DNA of 64,000 nucleotides from Eledone cirrhosa (GCA_964016885.1 OZ024754.1:45322001-45386000), one strand, 5' to 3'; counted from the first letter of the stretch, positions 15,820 to 30,911 are shown. The notes: a model not told the origin generated them from the letters alone. A program made the numbers and translations.

Positions 15820-16180
15820 ACGATTCCATTGACATATACACGAAACACTAGGATTGTTTGTAATGGAATACACAACATAACAACAATGTAGACGATACAA
15901 TATTAGAAACAATACATATCTATCTAATAAAGAAACTATATCTAGGAATAATTAGTCGGAACCCACCATAATGCAAAAGTATATAATACAAGGCAACAGA
16001 TACTAATCAATAAAACACCTGACATATTACATATAAAGCTGAGACATGAAAAATTTAAATTCGGGCAGTAAAATCTACACAAACTCCATTTGTCTAACAT
16101 AATCTAAAGCACCAGCTACACACATTAACATTATTTCATTCGGAGGATGAGGCTGTGAAAAGCTAGAAACGTTTATGACA
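15820..16180 (+). mobile_element. Decayed Penelope-like element 3' region (GIY-YIG C-terminus remnant plus HHR-like motif)
   Basis: Fragments NTRIV...ILETIHIYL.KETISRN resemble PLE endonuclease C-termini. They are followed by ggaggatgaggctgtgaaaagctagaaacgttt, a degenerate HHR-like motif. Confidence 0.45.
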
Positions 16181-16329
16181 AATTTAGGAGAGTTATAGAT
16201 AAAAAACCAAGTGCAAGAAAGCCATCGACAAATGTGAAAATAATCTTGATAAACAAAGATGAATCTAGATCACCATACCACACACACACACAGACACACA
16301 TACACACCCACACAAACGCACACAAACAT

Positions 16330-16361
<32 letters not shown>

Positions 16362-17044
16362 GTATATTACATATATATATACAATTATTTATATATATAT
16401 TATATATGTACATACACACATATATATATATATATATATGAATGTGTATATTATATATATATGTGTTATATATATATGTGCATATGAGTGTGTGTGTATG
16501 TGTGTATGTTTATTTATACACACATACGTATTTGTTTTATTTTGACAAGATATCTCTCAATTGAAAAACACACTTGCTATTCGGATATCATTTTGCCCAA
16601 TCGCATTCGTATTAATCAATACATATTACTTTCACTTTTCCTTCACATTTCTTTTTACCTCCAAATATTTTTTCTTCCACTCGCTATTATGCTTCTTCAT
16701 ACATTTCCTCTCGATTTCTCCCTATATTCTTCATTTGTCTCTTATCATTTCCTCACTCAATCTCCTTTTCCATGATAATAGCAACATATAATGCCAGTCT
16801 TCCCTCTCCTCTAAGCCGGCTATATCCATCACACTCACGCCCACCCTAGTGGCACCACTGAACGATGATCCATGCCACCTCAACAAAACGAGATACACTT
16901 TCCTCGGGTCGTTTAAAAGGTTATTAGCAAGTTCAGTGCCTGCCTCTCAAACAAGCGGCAACAATCCTAGCCAATCCGACATATATGCTATTATTGCACG
17001 TATCATCTCATTCATAATCATGCACATTTATATATACAAGCTTT

Positions 17045-17161
<117 letters not shown>

Positions 17162-17236
17162 AGTACAAATAAAAGCATACAAACATAAAACAGTTACACA
17201 ATCACACCAATTATATATATATAAATATCTTATATA

Positions 17237-17269
<33 letters not shown>

Positions 17270-17651
17270 CGTGTGTGTGTTTATGCAATGCATGACAGCT
17301 CCACTAATACATGCATTCCCTCAATGCATTGAACTATAATCAGGATTTTTTCCCCTACAGATCATAAGAGATTGATAAATGCATATCTTTAACTAAATGC
17401 ACGCTCACAATATAATACAAACCACTTCCAAAACCTTAAACTTAATATTTATGCAAATAATTATGACGTATCGATTATTTACAGTTTAAATTTTTCACGA
17501 ATATATTTCGTGAAATCTGCGTTATAGATACCGATACTCCTTGAAACTACTATACCTACTATAAAAAGTAAATATACTACTAAAAGCATACCGTGGTAAT
17601 TAATGGTGTTTAGCTATATATTTCTTCATATACACAAGTATATGTTCCTGC

Positions 17652-17969
<318 letters not shown>

Positions 17970-17979
17970 ACACACACAT

Positions 17980-18046
<67 letters not shown>

Positions 18047-18048
<2 letters not shown>

Positions 18049-18171
18049 TCTATCCTGGGTTCAATCGGGGGTAACCACAGAAAGTAAGGTACTCAATAAT
18101 GCAAAGCAGAGTATAATGAGGATTTCTCCCGAATGAAACAGTTTTAGTACTGTAGAAGCCTTTTCTACATA
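18047..18171. mobile_element. Family B element, non-overlapping bipartite form
   Basis: Inverted tail (gggttcaatcgggggtaaccacag...ggtactcaata) joined to a forward arm tgagga...gaatgaaacagttttagtactgtagaagcc. Flanked by TA. Confidence 0.7.
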
Positions 18172-18774
18172 TACATATATATATATACAAATAAATTATC
18201 GAGAATCGGAACCTCGGCCCACGAAATAACGAAACACAATATATATATACATACTTAAATGTATGTGTGTATGTGTATGTGTGCGGTTTTGTGTGAGAGA
18301 GTGCGATTACTAGTGTATCTGTTTTAAGACAAGCAATGTGTGAGGTCTGTGCGTGTAGGTTTTTAATCGAAAGAAAATAGTTGGGCGGTGATTAAATGAT
18401 ATTTGATAGGAGAGAGAAGCGGAATAGTTCTTTGATATTGATGTTATGTTATAACTGTTTTCAATTTGTTAGCCGAAAACACGTAGATGCAATAATAGGC
18501 TTATAGTATTCGGCTTGCATTTGTTAGGTCGTATAAATAGGATTCAGAAATATAAGACCGCCTGATATACCAATTTATCTTAGAGTTCTTATGGCGTGTG
18601 ATATTTAATTTTTAGCAATGAAAACCAGTATCACTTTCTTAAGAGTGAGTTAAAAGCCAGCGTTCATTTTCAATATATATATATATATGTGTGTGTGTGG
18701 TGTATATTTGTATAAATATATATATACTCGTGCACACACACACATATATATATATATATTATACATATACATAA

Positions 18775-18809
<35 letters not shown>

Positions 18810-18829
18810 CATATATATGTATGTGTGTG

Positions 18830-18871
<42 letters not shown>

Positions 18872-18877
18872 TATGTA

Positions 18878-18911
<34 letters not shown>

Positions 18912-19140
18912 CATATATATGTATGTGTGTGTATGTATGTATGTGCTTGTGTTTGGAAATGTTCTTTATTATATTGTTTTCTTGTTTACTTTTATTTCTC
19001 TCTTTTAATTGTTATTCTCTAGGGACGTGACCATACTGTGTCACATCATTCCTTTTACATTCTAGTAAACTGAACCGATTCCTGGACCAGATTTCTTCTT
19101 CATGTTCACATTATATGTAGACGTTTACACACTTAGTATG

Positions 19141-19282
19141 CAGTGAATTGATAGCGGCGTCACGTGACGGAAAGAAGCTCTCGCCACATTCCATCCGGGT
19201 ATCTGAATTCAAATCCTGCCGAGGTCAACTTTGTCATTCATCATTTCGGGATCAATAAAAATTAGCATTACAATACTGGGCC
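19141..19282 (+). mobile_element. SINE S1, decayed
   Basis: ctgaattcaaatcctgccgaggtcaactttgtcattcatcatttcgggatcaataaaa. Confidence 0.75.
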
Positions 19283-19374
19283 CCATTCTTCAGCTATATA
19301 TCTTCTCCCCTTCTCTCTCTCATTCACTCACATATTCTCTTTATCTCTCTCTCTCTCATACAGACAGAAACACT

Positions 19375-19376
<2 letters not shown>

Positions 19377-19455
<79 letters not shown>
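19377..19455. repeat. (TATC)n microsatellite
   Basis: Directly visible. Confidence 0.95.
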
Positions 19456-19456
<1 letters not shown>

Positions 19457-19928
19457 CTCTCTGCTAAAGACACTTTCCCTCTCACTTATACACATTATTT
19501 CTTCTTCTCTAGTACACATATGGTTTTTCATCATGGAGAAGGGGGGGGGGGGACCACATGTGAAAGTCTGTAGGTCACTACAGGGCCTCCATCAAGAGTT
19601 ACGGGTACATACTTGTATACTTTGATTTAAAGAAGACATATAGTGAATGAATAGCACTCCGCCGTATATCCATCTCTGTGTATGTAGGAGTGGTTGTATA
19701 TGTTTATTGTGGTAGGCGGAGTAGTTAGACATATGGTGCTGCTTCAACATATACGTGCCAATGAAGAAAGGCTGCGACTGAGATCAGGATGGGAAAATAT
19801 TCACCAATATTAACGTCTTAAGGGAACAGTATATATTCTAGATTCATTTTGTGTATAATCTAGGAGTTGAATACAGTCTGCTTGTCTCATTCTTTGCCAC
19901 CAGTTAATGTTTACAAATTCACACAGAG

Positions 19929-19971
<43 letters not shown>

Positions 19972-19973
<2 letters not shown>

Positions 19974-20155
19974 AACGAGTAGGACCCCGACGGCTGAGCT
20001 CAAGCCGTTTCGACGGCTAATTCTGAATTAGCCGTCGAAACGGCTTGAGCTCAGCCGTCGGAGTCCTACTCGTTCCTATTACCCACTCTACTACCCTAAG
20101 TATTGAGTACTTTGGTGCGTTATGGTCCACCTGGTTCCTTACCACATTTCCTTCG

Positions 20156-20156
<1 letters not shown>
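19972..20156. mobile_element. TA-flanked foldback element, family A copy 3
   Basis: 52-bp arms (19972-20023 and 20025-20076, one mismatch, 1-nt loop) plus an 80-bp tail; opposite orientation to copies 1, 2, 5 and 6. Confidence 0.9.
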
Positions 20157-20196
<40 letters not shown>

Positions 20197-20199
<3 letters not shown>

Positions 20200-20282
20200 A
20201 TAATAATAAATTTGAAGACTAAAATCAGGAGATCCCGTTAAGGGTGAAAGCACCGATTCTTTGCTTAAACTTTAATCTGTTA

Positions 20283-20288
<6 letters not shown>
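20197..20288. mobile_element. Family E element, bipartite head-to-head form
   Basis: 20197-20225 is the reverse complement of 59863-59891, and 20226-20288 is a direct match to 59736-59798. Flanked by TA. Confidence 0.85.
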
Positions 20289-20337
<49 letters not shown>

Positions 20338-20431
20338 ATATATATATATGATCAAGTGACTATCAGAATATAAATAAATATATTATTGAAAAAGCGATTA
20401 GGGAAACCAAATATATATATATATATGATTA

Positions 20432-20473
<42 letters not shown>

Positions 20474-20980
20474 TACAAACACACTCATAGACACTGTCAT
20501 GCATACGGATGCACCCACCCACGCACATGTAGATGTATATACCTACCTACACACATACATTCATATATATATATATATATATATATAATGCACTTTTGCG
20601 TGCGCATGATTTTTTATTATCATTATAATGATGATAGCAATACGTGCGTATGAATACATTTAGGAGTTCAAAAGTGATAAACCGGAGAAACCATTCTAAA
20701 AGATTCGCTACTAAACCGCCATTTTCTTCAAAGTATATCCTTCTATATCAAGTTATGTGATCCTCGAACCGTGAAAATATTTCACAATCGTGGAAGAGAG
20801 CATCATCCCTCATCCAATACTCTTTGAACGACGACCATGGAACGGAAGCCAACATCAGGCACGGAATCCTTTGTTCTTCAACTTATGAGAACATTATTCT
20901 AAAATTTTTGTTGTCTTTATGATGCTTTAATTGTAGAGAAACCAGATCTATATCTATCTATGTTATTTATCTTTCACTCC

Positions 20981-21066
<86 letters not shown>

Positions 21067-21067
21067 A
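20981..21067. repeat. (TATC)n microsatellite
   Basis: Directly visible. Confidence 0.95.
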
Positions 21068-21213
21068 TTGCTTTCAATCACTGTTGTCTCTCTATCTCCT
21101 AGTCCGACTTTCTCTTTATTTCATCACTCCCACACACACACATGTATATATGTTTGTATGGAGATACAGATATGTGTATGCATATATATATATATATTTA
21201 TATATATATATAT

Positions 21214-21683
21214 CGTTTCTGAATTTGTTTAGCAAGATTCTTTATCTGAAAACGTGTGTTGAAACCGATATTTTAATGCTTTGGGAGGGTCATGTTGCCA
21301 ATACGAAACACACTCACCAGTTGCTTTCACTCCAATTTATTGTAAATTTAAAAAAAAATGTTTTTTAATGTTTTCAAAAAAATATATAAATTTCCGGTTG
21401 GTTGATTCCAACACACACAAAAACAAGATGGCGTAGGTCAGAACAAAGGAGAGGCACAAAAGAAAAAGAAGAATCCCCAGTCACTGAAGAGGTCACATAA
21501 TGTGTGACAAAAGAACTTTGACAACATATGGACAACCGTCTGGTTGTGGAACCAACCAACCGGAAATTTATAAAATTTTTGGAAAAAACATTAAAAAAAA
21601 TGTTCTTAATTTCCAATAAATTGGAGTGAAAACAGTGGTGCGTGTGTTTCTTATTGGCAACATGACCCTCCCAAAGTATAACA
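21214..21683. mobile_element. TA-flanked foldback element, family D (putative PLE end)
   Basis: ~140-bp inverted arms (~21270-21412 and 21546-21683) ending gggagggtcatgttgcc, with a ~55-bp one-sided tail. The spacer has ctgaaga-ggtcacataatgtgtgac-aaaa (degenerate HHR). The terminal motif recurs at ~817, ~23520 and ~59924. Confidence 0.8.
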
Positions 21684-21757
21684 ATATATATATATATATA
21701 TACAAATAAAGATTCAGCGGGCAGGAAAAGCGAAGCGAAACGCAAAAATCAGAAATG

Positions 21758-21795
<38 letters not shown>

Positions 21796-21859
21796 CTGTC
21801 TTTTCTTCCATATCTAGGAATCTGTTTTTCTTATGAAACTTTCTTCATGTGTTTAACAA

Positions 21860-22146
21860 AGTCACGGTTTACCGAAGCCCAAAGAATCACTCCATTCAGA
21901 GCCGCTACATCTCCGAATTGAGAGATCAAATCTCCGATCCACCTGGCATGTGGTCATAATGTCTCAGGAATTGCTTGACGGATTTCACAGGCAAAACCTA
22001 ATGGAAGGAGACACAGTGTCGAACTCAAACAATATAGTTGAATAAGAGATGGTTGCCTGTGCTAGGGCCCACTGAAAGATGTGTTTAGATACTGTGCACA
22101 TTGGACCCTTCTTGGAATAAGTGGACGAAGAAGAAGAAGAAGAAGT
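21860..22146 (+). mobile_element. RTE-type LINE 3' fragment with (GAA)n tail
   Basis: ...AKPNGRR.. remnant and (GAA)n tail; homologous to 31210-31497 (gagccgctacatctccgaattgagagatca vs gagtcgctacatcttattattgagaaatca). Confidence 0.6.
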
Positions 22147-22559
22147 CCACATTTCAGGTTCCCTGAAATTTAAATCTAATTTACATTCACATATTTTATT
22201 TGTAATCTTCGATACACTTGTATCTTTTCCCATCATATTTCAGTCATTTGTCAATATTTCAAGTTATTTATTCTGTTCTTAAAACCATAATTCCTTCACT
22301 AATATTACACTTTATTGATCTGATTCTCGATTTAAGTGTTAACCATTTGATCTGGAACTTTATTTTATATTGTAATTGTTTAATCTAATACATGACCTAT
22401 GATCTTAAAAGTCAAGCAACACACATCATTAACGACCATCAGGACGTAATTATTCTTTGTTAATTATTTAATTATCTGCTGTTAAATTTATAATATTGAA
22501 TATCATAAAGGATTAAAGTGATGTCGTATGACTGGACATCAGAATCTTTGCTGTCCTAA

Positions 22560-23345
22560 TTTCTTTCCCCCATAGAAGACGTCAAGTTATTCAAAATACC
22601 AGGATAAACCATGATTAATATTTCTCGTAACTTTACGTATAAATAAATCTCTCTAACCATCTTAACAGAAATTGAGTCACTAGTATTGTAGGGGAAACCC
22701 TGAACACCCCACGTAACTAAAAGTGGACTAGACGGAATGTCTATAAATAATGGTTTCTTATATAGGCACAAGGCCAGTAATTTGGGGGGAGGGGAAAGTC
22801 GATTAAATCGACCCCAGTGCGTGACTGGTACTTTATTTTATCGATCCCATAAGGATGAAAGGCAAAGTTAACCTCGGCGGGATTTGAGGTCAGATCATAA
22901 AGAGCCGTAACTCTATGCTGCAAAGCATGGTCCGACCCTCTACCGATAGTGCCAATCCACCGCCATTGTATATAAATAATAACTGAAGTGAACTGTCAGT
23001 AGACTGTATATACGGAGTCTCATTGTAGTGATCACGTTGGTAGTTCGAAATTACGTCTGGTGAACAATTTGGTTTTACCTTCGTTCGTACAGATATACTA
23101 ACATATGTGATACACCATTATAACAACTAGCAGTCCTCTCTTGTCTTCGTGCTCTCCCTATATTAATTTCTGTACCCTGCTATTCATTGAACTCTCATCT
23201 CTCTCGAGCTATTGACGTCACCAATTGAGTCCAATACAATCAACTCGTTGATATTTCCGATTTCCATTTGTTTCATACAAAATTCCATACAAAATCTACA
23301 CTTAGTATTGAACTGTCAAAAGAAGCACCAGCTGGGAAAACATTC
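22560..23345 (-). mobile_element. Possible highly decayed non-LTR retrotransposon fragment interrupted by a SINE
   Basis: Minus strand agtgtagattttgtatggaattt weakly resembles the S.DI.MEFG motif seen at ~5670. No open frame. Confidence 0.25.
22746..22964 (-). mobile_element. SINE S1, full-length long subfamily
   Basis: Contains the ggtcgatttaatcgactttcccctcccccc segment that is absent from short copies. Confidence 0.92.
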
Positions 23346-23392
23346 TACTAACTGACTACAAGAATGTATGTCTCTCTCTCTATATATATGTG

Positions 23393-23455
<63 letters not shown>

Positions 23456-23549
23456 TTTATATTACAAATCCCCTCGCAAAATTGTCTTTATATATATATA
23501 TATATATATAATGAGAGATTTGGGGATGGTCGTGTTGCCAATATTGCCA

Positions 23550-23878
<329 letters not shown>

Positions 23879-25100
23879 TGAGACAGTAAACAAAAAACAA
23901 AAAAACAACAACGTGGAAGCGAAGAGGCAGTACAAATGTTAATATTAGTTTCATGCTTGAGAGTGGTGATGGGGGGGGGGGGGTATCATTACAAATACTT
24001 CTTACTGCTCAAATTCATACCTAAACTTTTATCTATATACTTATATTTAGGTGCGTTTGATTTGCAGGTTGTGTAGTATGAACGTATGTATCTTATTTCA
24101 GTTTGCATTATGATATTTCAAACTGAATCTCAATATGAACGAACTGACATGGGCGATGTGAGGTAAATATTCTATATTGCATATGATTCTGGTTATGATT
24201 AATAACAACGTGCTTAGAATGTAATTATATCTAGCTCATCTGTTTTTGAGGAAATGCTTGCTTTGACTTATTCATTATAGATTTATTGCGTACAAACGAA
24301 TAATGATTAATAATTTTTATATAGATCTCAGTTATTATTCTTTTTGTATGTATGCATATAAATGTTTATGTGAGAGAATGTATATGCATATGCGGGCGAG
24401 GAGAAAGATGGAGTAGTAAGAAAACCTGTGTTTGTATTCAGCAAATGATTGCCATTTTTTTAATTATTATTTTTTATTGTTCAATATGATTTGTAAACGT
24501 ATTATTTATGTATGTATTAAATTGTATATACGCAGAGAGAAAATTTATTAGGTAATTACAAGATAATTTGATATGTATTTGAAATATTGAAAAATTCTAG
24601 ATTTTATTATCATAATGAAGAAAATAGCACAGCAGGAGGAATATATTTTATGAGAATATGCCTATGATTCGTAGTAATTATTTACTTTTATATTTATGAG
24701 CCATAACGGGTTTGTTTAAATATTCAAAATAAACAAATGTTTATAGTAAAAACAGCCAAAAATGAATGACATTTACGTGAAGATGACTAAAGCTTCGTTT
24801 GAAAGGTTATACATTTGAAATCGCTTATAGATATGAAACTGCTATATTATATCACTTGAAGGAGGCGTTCTACAAAGGTTTGTGACACGATTTTGCTTGT
24901 AAAAAACTGTGTTGTTATTTAGCCCGTGGCTAGATATGATCGGGAACACATGAAAATGAAGTTTTGTACAGTGTGCGACAGAAAAACCTCCTATATTATA
25001 CGATCAACCATTAACATTTCGAAGGTATTTTTGCTGAATCCCGTATAATCTATATCTACCTCTACGAAAATAGTGTGCAATTTATTACCTGCTATAAGTA

Positions 25101-25262
25101 TAACGATTTCTAATATAGGTACAAGGCTAGCAATTTTAGGTGGGGGGGAGTTTAAATCGACCCCTCTACGTTACTGGTACTTTATTTTATCGACACCGTA
25201 AGCATGAAAGGCAAAGCTAACCACGGCGGGATTTGATTTCAGTATGTAAAGGGCCCTAACTA
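25101..25262 (-). mobile_element. SINE S1, 5'-truncated, long subfamily
   Basis: ctggtactttattttatcgacaccgtaagcatgaaaggcaaagctaaccacggcgggatttga. Confidence 0.85.
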
Positions 25263-25537
25263 TACATTCAGCGATTAAATATATATATATGTGAGATACA
25301 TCTATGTAATAAAATCATTTGTTTCGGAACCACGGGGTTATGGTGGGCAGTCCCATTGAATTACAGTTTGTAGTAGTACCTTCAAATATGTCTATATGCT
25401 GTCAAATAATTTCTGATGGGAATATGATGGAAAAATCGAAGTCCAACATGTTCCTTGATTTTACCAAAATATATTAATACATAAATATATGTGTGTGTAT
25501 TTGTGTTTTTTTTCTGTGAGTGTATATATTTGAGCAT

Positions 25538-25639
<102 letters not shown>

Positions 25640-27236
25640 TTAGAAAGATGCAGAGATAGAGAGAGATATCTATACAGGCTGGCGCCTGTCTGTGTATATG
25701 ACGGTATCAAAAGAATATTTCCAAGTTATTGTTTTCGTGTAGGACTGACCCATACAGCGAAGCAAAGAAATAACTATATAAATACAGAAATATTCACAGA
25801 AAATGAATTAATACATAAATAAACGAAAAATCAAGAATAACTTTCTGATATTTTTGACATTTGAACTGTTAGAACTTTCAGATCAAAAATGGTTTCTTTA
25901 AAACTTCTTCAGACATAAAGAGTTCAATACATAGAATCATCATAGAATCATCATAGTAAAATATATTGTTTGTTTATGATAGTATTGTCGTTAGGGATGT
26001 CGTATGTGTGAGTGTAGGTGTATATGCGTCTATGTTCGTTGGTGTGTATGTAGTTATCTGTATGTGTGCGTGTGTGCTATTGTTTTAATACTGCTCGAAG
26101 AAATTGCGCCTATTGTGGGTTATAAATAATTTATAGTTATATAGCATGAAGGATATTGTTATATCGAAAAATGTCACTTGATGTTTTCGTTGTCGTATCT
26201 CTAAATCTATTCTGATTTAGCAGAACGACTGACAAAGACTTTCCAACAATGACGATCCATTGTTTTAACTAGGCTTACATCATTCACTACGTTATCTACT
26301 GTTTAAAAGAGTAGAGTGTATTTCTAAAATCTCAAAGATTCAGCAAAAACATACAGACACTATATTTATATCTATATTTTTAACTATTGGTCGATCAATG
26401 ATAAACATTGATTACCAGCTGAATTAATCATAGAAATATAAAATATACTGAAACAAAACCCTACCCAAACCAAACAGTGAGTGTGTTTTACTAAATATTT
26501 CTGACAGTATTATAACATGACACTTCCCAACTATAACAATATTTATTTCAACATATGATTTCATATCAGAAACCTTACAAAACAAATTCATCACCGTCAC
26601 AACATAGAACTATTTTATTTTATTCCGTTCTCGCATGGCTGCGCCAGAGATCTTCCTCTCCTCCTGTTCTGCACTTCACTTTGTTATTTTCTCATAGAAC
26701 GTCATATTTCTATTTGTCGGGGTTTAACGTTAAGACAGCGAAGATGACATATGGGCAGACATACAGGATCGGCGTGAACTACTTAAGAGGAAAGAATGAT
26801 TGATTTCGTTCATATTCCCTTTTTCGTTTTCTTTTATTAAATCATGTTTGAAGATACCAAACTATTATCGTCTTCATGTATTCATATTTTTTGTTTTATC
26901 ATCATCATAATTATAATAAAGTTATAAACATGTTCTGGATTATCAGCTTTGTTAACAATGACATCCTCCATATTGTAGTATACACTATTATTCCCATTGT
27001 AGCCCGAAGTATTCTTTCTTCTCTAGTCTATAATTTCATTGAATAATGACAATAATCTTCTTCGCTACGATATATATTCTCGACACATTATTAAGCTCAA
27101 CAGTTAAAGAACAGCAGCAGCATTGCCACTACTGTCAACATCATGTGTGTTTGTATATATATATATATATATATGTGTTTTTATATGTTTAGGCAAATCC
27201 AACAACACACACATATACTTAGACATACACAAACAT

Positions 27237-27307
<71 letters not shown>

Positions 27308-29449
27308 ATATATATATACATATATATATGCACACAGGTTATACAAGATCAAACCTATTGTACGATTACACATAATGTTTATATATATATACCTAACTTC
27401 TACCTAACTCGTCCCATGGACTGAGTGCTCTACCACTACGGATATTACCTTCCAGTGTTCTACCGCTATATATGTGTGTGTGAGAGAGGTTTTGCTCGAG
27501 AGAATTAATGAGGGCGTATCCGCTATTCTTAATTATAAGTAAATTTGTTTAATCATAATGTAACACCTCCATACTCTCTACCGTCATACCGCTTTTACTT
27601 TTACTAATTACATGCACTCAAGTGTGTATCAAATTTCTTGTAAATCCACTACAGACTTAAATATTGTTTTAATGGATATTTTTTTCAGGCTTAACATATT
27701 GTCAGTGTCATCATTTCTTTTGTTAATTAGACTTGACTGATAAAGAAACTATTATAGATATAATATAAGGGCGGTGGTCAAACAGATTGTCAGCTTGTGA
27801 AATACAACACCCGGCGTAGATCGTTACGACACGGTTCACCTTGCATCATACGGCAGATCGAACAAAAATTAAACCAGTCATGCTCTGGACTCATTCTATG
27901 TAATTATATGGTGTGTCCAAATATGGTTCTTTCGGTGTATTTTATTTTATTTTATTTTATTTTATTTTATTTTATTTTTTCTTTTATATATATATATTTT
28001 TCATTTTATTATATTTTATTTCTTCTTTATTCTCAGTAATATATGTCATCTGGTACTTCTGTCTTCTACCTGTACATTCAATCGTCACCGTGCGAAGGTT
28101 CTGTCGTACCTGTAATATTTCACTGTCCCTTGAGCTCTCGCGTCCTATATATGTTTATATCAATTTGTTATACTGTTACACTTTTACACAGATACATGAT
28201 TGCAGGAGGACCACACACACACACACACGCACACGCACACACACACACTTATATATATATAGTGTAACAAAGTGATATAAAAATATAGAGAATGCGAGAA
28301 ATCATGTGACAGGCACAGAAAAAATGTTGCTAAAAACAAATGCAAGATTAAGGGAAAATCTGTGACTTAAAAAGAGTAAAAGATAAGAATAGATATAAGG
28401 TTAGTGAGTATCTCGGAATGGTGAAAGATAAAGATATATAATCGGAATCAGAGAGAGAGTGTGTGTGAGAGTGGGAGAGAGAGAGATGGGGGGAGTGTGT
28501 GAGAGAGAGGGAGAGAGAGAGTTGGTGAGAAAGGGAAGACATATATGGGTTTAAGAAATAGAATATATTCTCTCTGTGTGTGTATATATGCGTGTGAGTG
28601 TGTGTGAGTTTGTGTATAAGTGTGTGTATGTGTGGGCAGGAGTGACCGTGAACGTTTATATATCAGTGTGTTTATGTGTGGATAGAAAATGAGAAGAGAA
28701 ATGGTTTTAGCTCCGGGAAAACATAGAAAAAAGACCTATTAAATGCTTACGTGGTCATAAATCATCCACAGCCACACACAAACACATATATATATATAAA
28801 CATGTGTGTGTGAGTGGGTACTTGTGTGTATACATATAATATGTATATATATATATATATATGTATATGTATGTATATTTTTATATGTGGGATGTATGTG
28901 CATCTATAAATACAGAAATAATATCATGTACAGAGAAATTTCATGAAAAGCTCAATGAAATAAAACAAAATTATGTATTCTAAAATAATGATATATAAAA
29001 TATCTCGTACTTCAAACTATTTAGAACACTTAGATACTAGCTTTGTGATGCTAAAAATATATATTTTCCTTCAAGAATTTTCTTATCTTCAAAAATATAA
29101 GTTTCTCAATATTAATATTTTAGTCAGTCTGTAAACGACATGAATTTCTGTCGTGATGATTTGTGGACGGTAGTACAAGAGATGTTTGGTTATAATCATT
29201 GCATCCCATATGGATTAAAATACATATATTCCTTTGATTCTTAGTGAAATATCTCTCATATAAGAAGGTAGCAATTTAATGTTAATTTATTCCATCGCCT
29301 CAAATTAAACTCAAATTCTTTTATTACGTAATTAAAATATACCACACAAAAAATACATTGTCAACTTAAACCTTGGAGTATTGATTGTTATATATTATAT
29401 GTATGATTTATAAACCCACAACCCTGGAGGTGCCGTATGGTGACAGTAG

Positions 29450-30250
29450 AATGATACAGCCTGTCTTGGGAAGAGTCCATCATCTCCGTGTCTGAACACA
29501 GCCTATTTGTTGCAAAGAAGGATTTATTCCCTTATCTTCTAAACAGAAAAAAAAATATTATATCGACTGAGTTAGTGTTGATATCGATTGCAATAGTTTT
29601 GAGAATCGGCTGTAATCTTGCTTCCTCAACTTTCCATTCAAATATAGGTGCTATACTCAGTATGAATCGGTAATTCTAAAGCATTTGCATGCCTCTATTT
29701 AGTCCCATTGTTTATTTTGTTTCCTTTAACTCGATATTAGTGTGCGAATCTTGTTGTTGATTTTTCCCTCTGTCGAGTTTACCTTTGCGCATTTTCTAAA
29801 CCAAATTTCATGTAAATTTCTTTATTGAAACCATGTACTATACGCAACGATGTTTCCAGGTCTTTATCCTCTTCAGCAAACAAATTGTCATGTAGTCAAA
29901 TTTAGCATGCTGTTTAAATGTGTTTACGCTATTGCAGAAAAAAAGTGGGGAAGAAGAGAACCTATTGAATATTCTTCCAATGGCGATTGGATTCCTTTCA
30001 TTGTACGTATCTGCAGAAATGTTTGCCATTCATTCTTAACATGTTTCCTGTACCTTCTTGTTATAGGGGCTCACATGTTCGTGGCTAACGTCTACAGAAT
30101 CCACAGGGGCGGGGATTTCTGTCAAAGGAAAACTGTTAATCAATGCATGCTGTGCTTAATCTATTATATGTCATCGGGTATTGCATTGTTGATTAGTAAT
30201 TGATCTCTACAATCACATTACTTTAGCTTCACTAACAAATATGTTTCCAA
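29450..30250 (-). pseudogene. Second R4/Dong-clade RT fragment, heavily decayed
   Basis: Minus-strand pieces LSTACID*..FD..P..WIL, GRIF.G.S.SPLFFC and VHGFNKEIYMKFGLE..AK occur in the same order as the motifs at 5578-6310. Confidence 0.65.
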
Positions 30251-30422
30251 TACCTGTGTCACATTTCATGCAATCATATAACTGAAGTTCTTTCAGAGAT
30301 CTATTTAAATTTGTAGTCGACACATTGTTATTAACATACACACACACACACCAGAGATATATATATATATGCACATATATATATATATGCACATATATAT
30401 ATGCACATATATATAGATGTGC

Positions 30423-30456
<34 letters not shown>

Positions 30457-30724
30457 TCAAATATAATATATGAAGAGAGAGAGATAGAGAGAGACATATA
30501 GAGACAGAGACAGACATATACCTACATATAGAGTAGCTTGATGATAAATCATGTGCTGAAGCAGATATTTATTTAATTTTAGGAAGTTTCTTGATGCCAA
30601 TAAAGACACAAGAACCAGTTTAGTATATCATCAGTATTACTATTAGTTAAGTATCTAATCCTGCCTTTCGTTAGTTTATTAAGTTGTTTAATTGTCATAT
30701 TTCATTGTCATTGCCAACATTATT

Positions 30725-30911
30725 GTGGATTGGCAGTATCGGTAGAGGGTCGGACGCCATGCTTTTACGCATAGTTACGGTCCTTGCCATTCTGAGTTCA
30801 AATCCCACCGAAGTTAACTTTGCCTTTCATCCTTACGGGGTCGATAAAATAAAGTACCAGTAATGCACTGGTTAATTGCTGGTCTTGTGCCTAAAGTAGA
30901 AACAATTATTT
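30725..30911 (+). mobile_element. SINE S1 (short subfamily)
   Basis: Near-identical to the 9777 copy. Confidence 0.92.
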
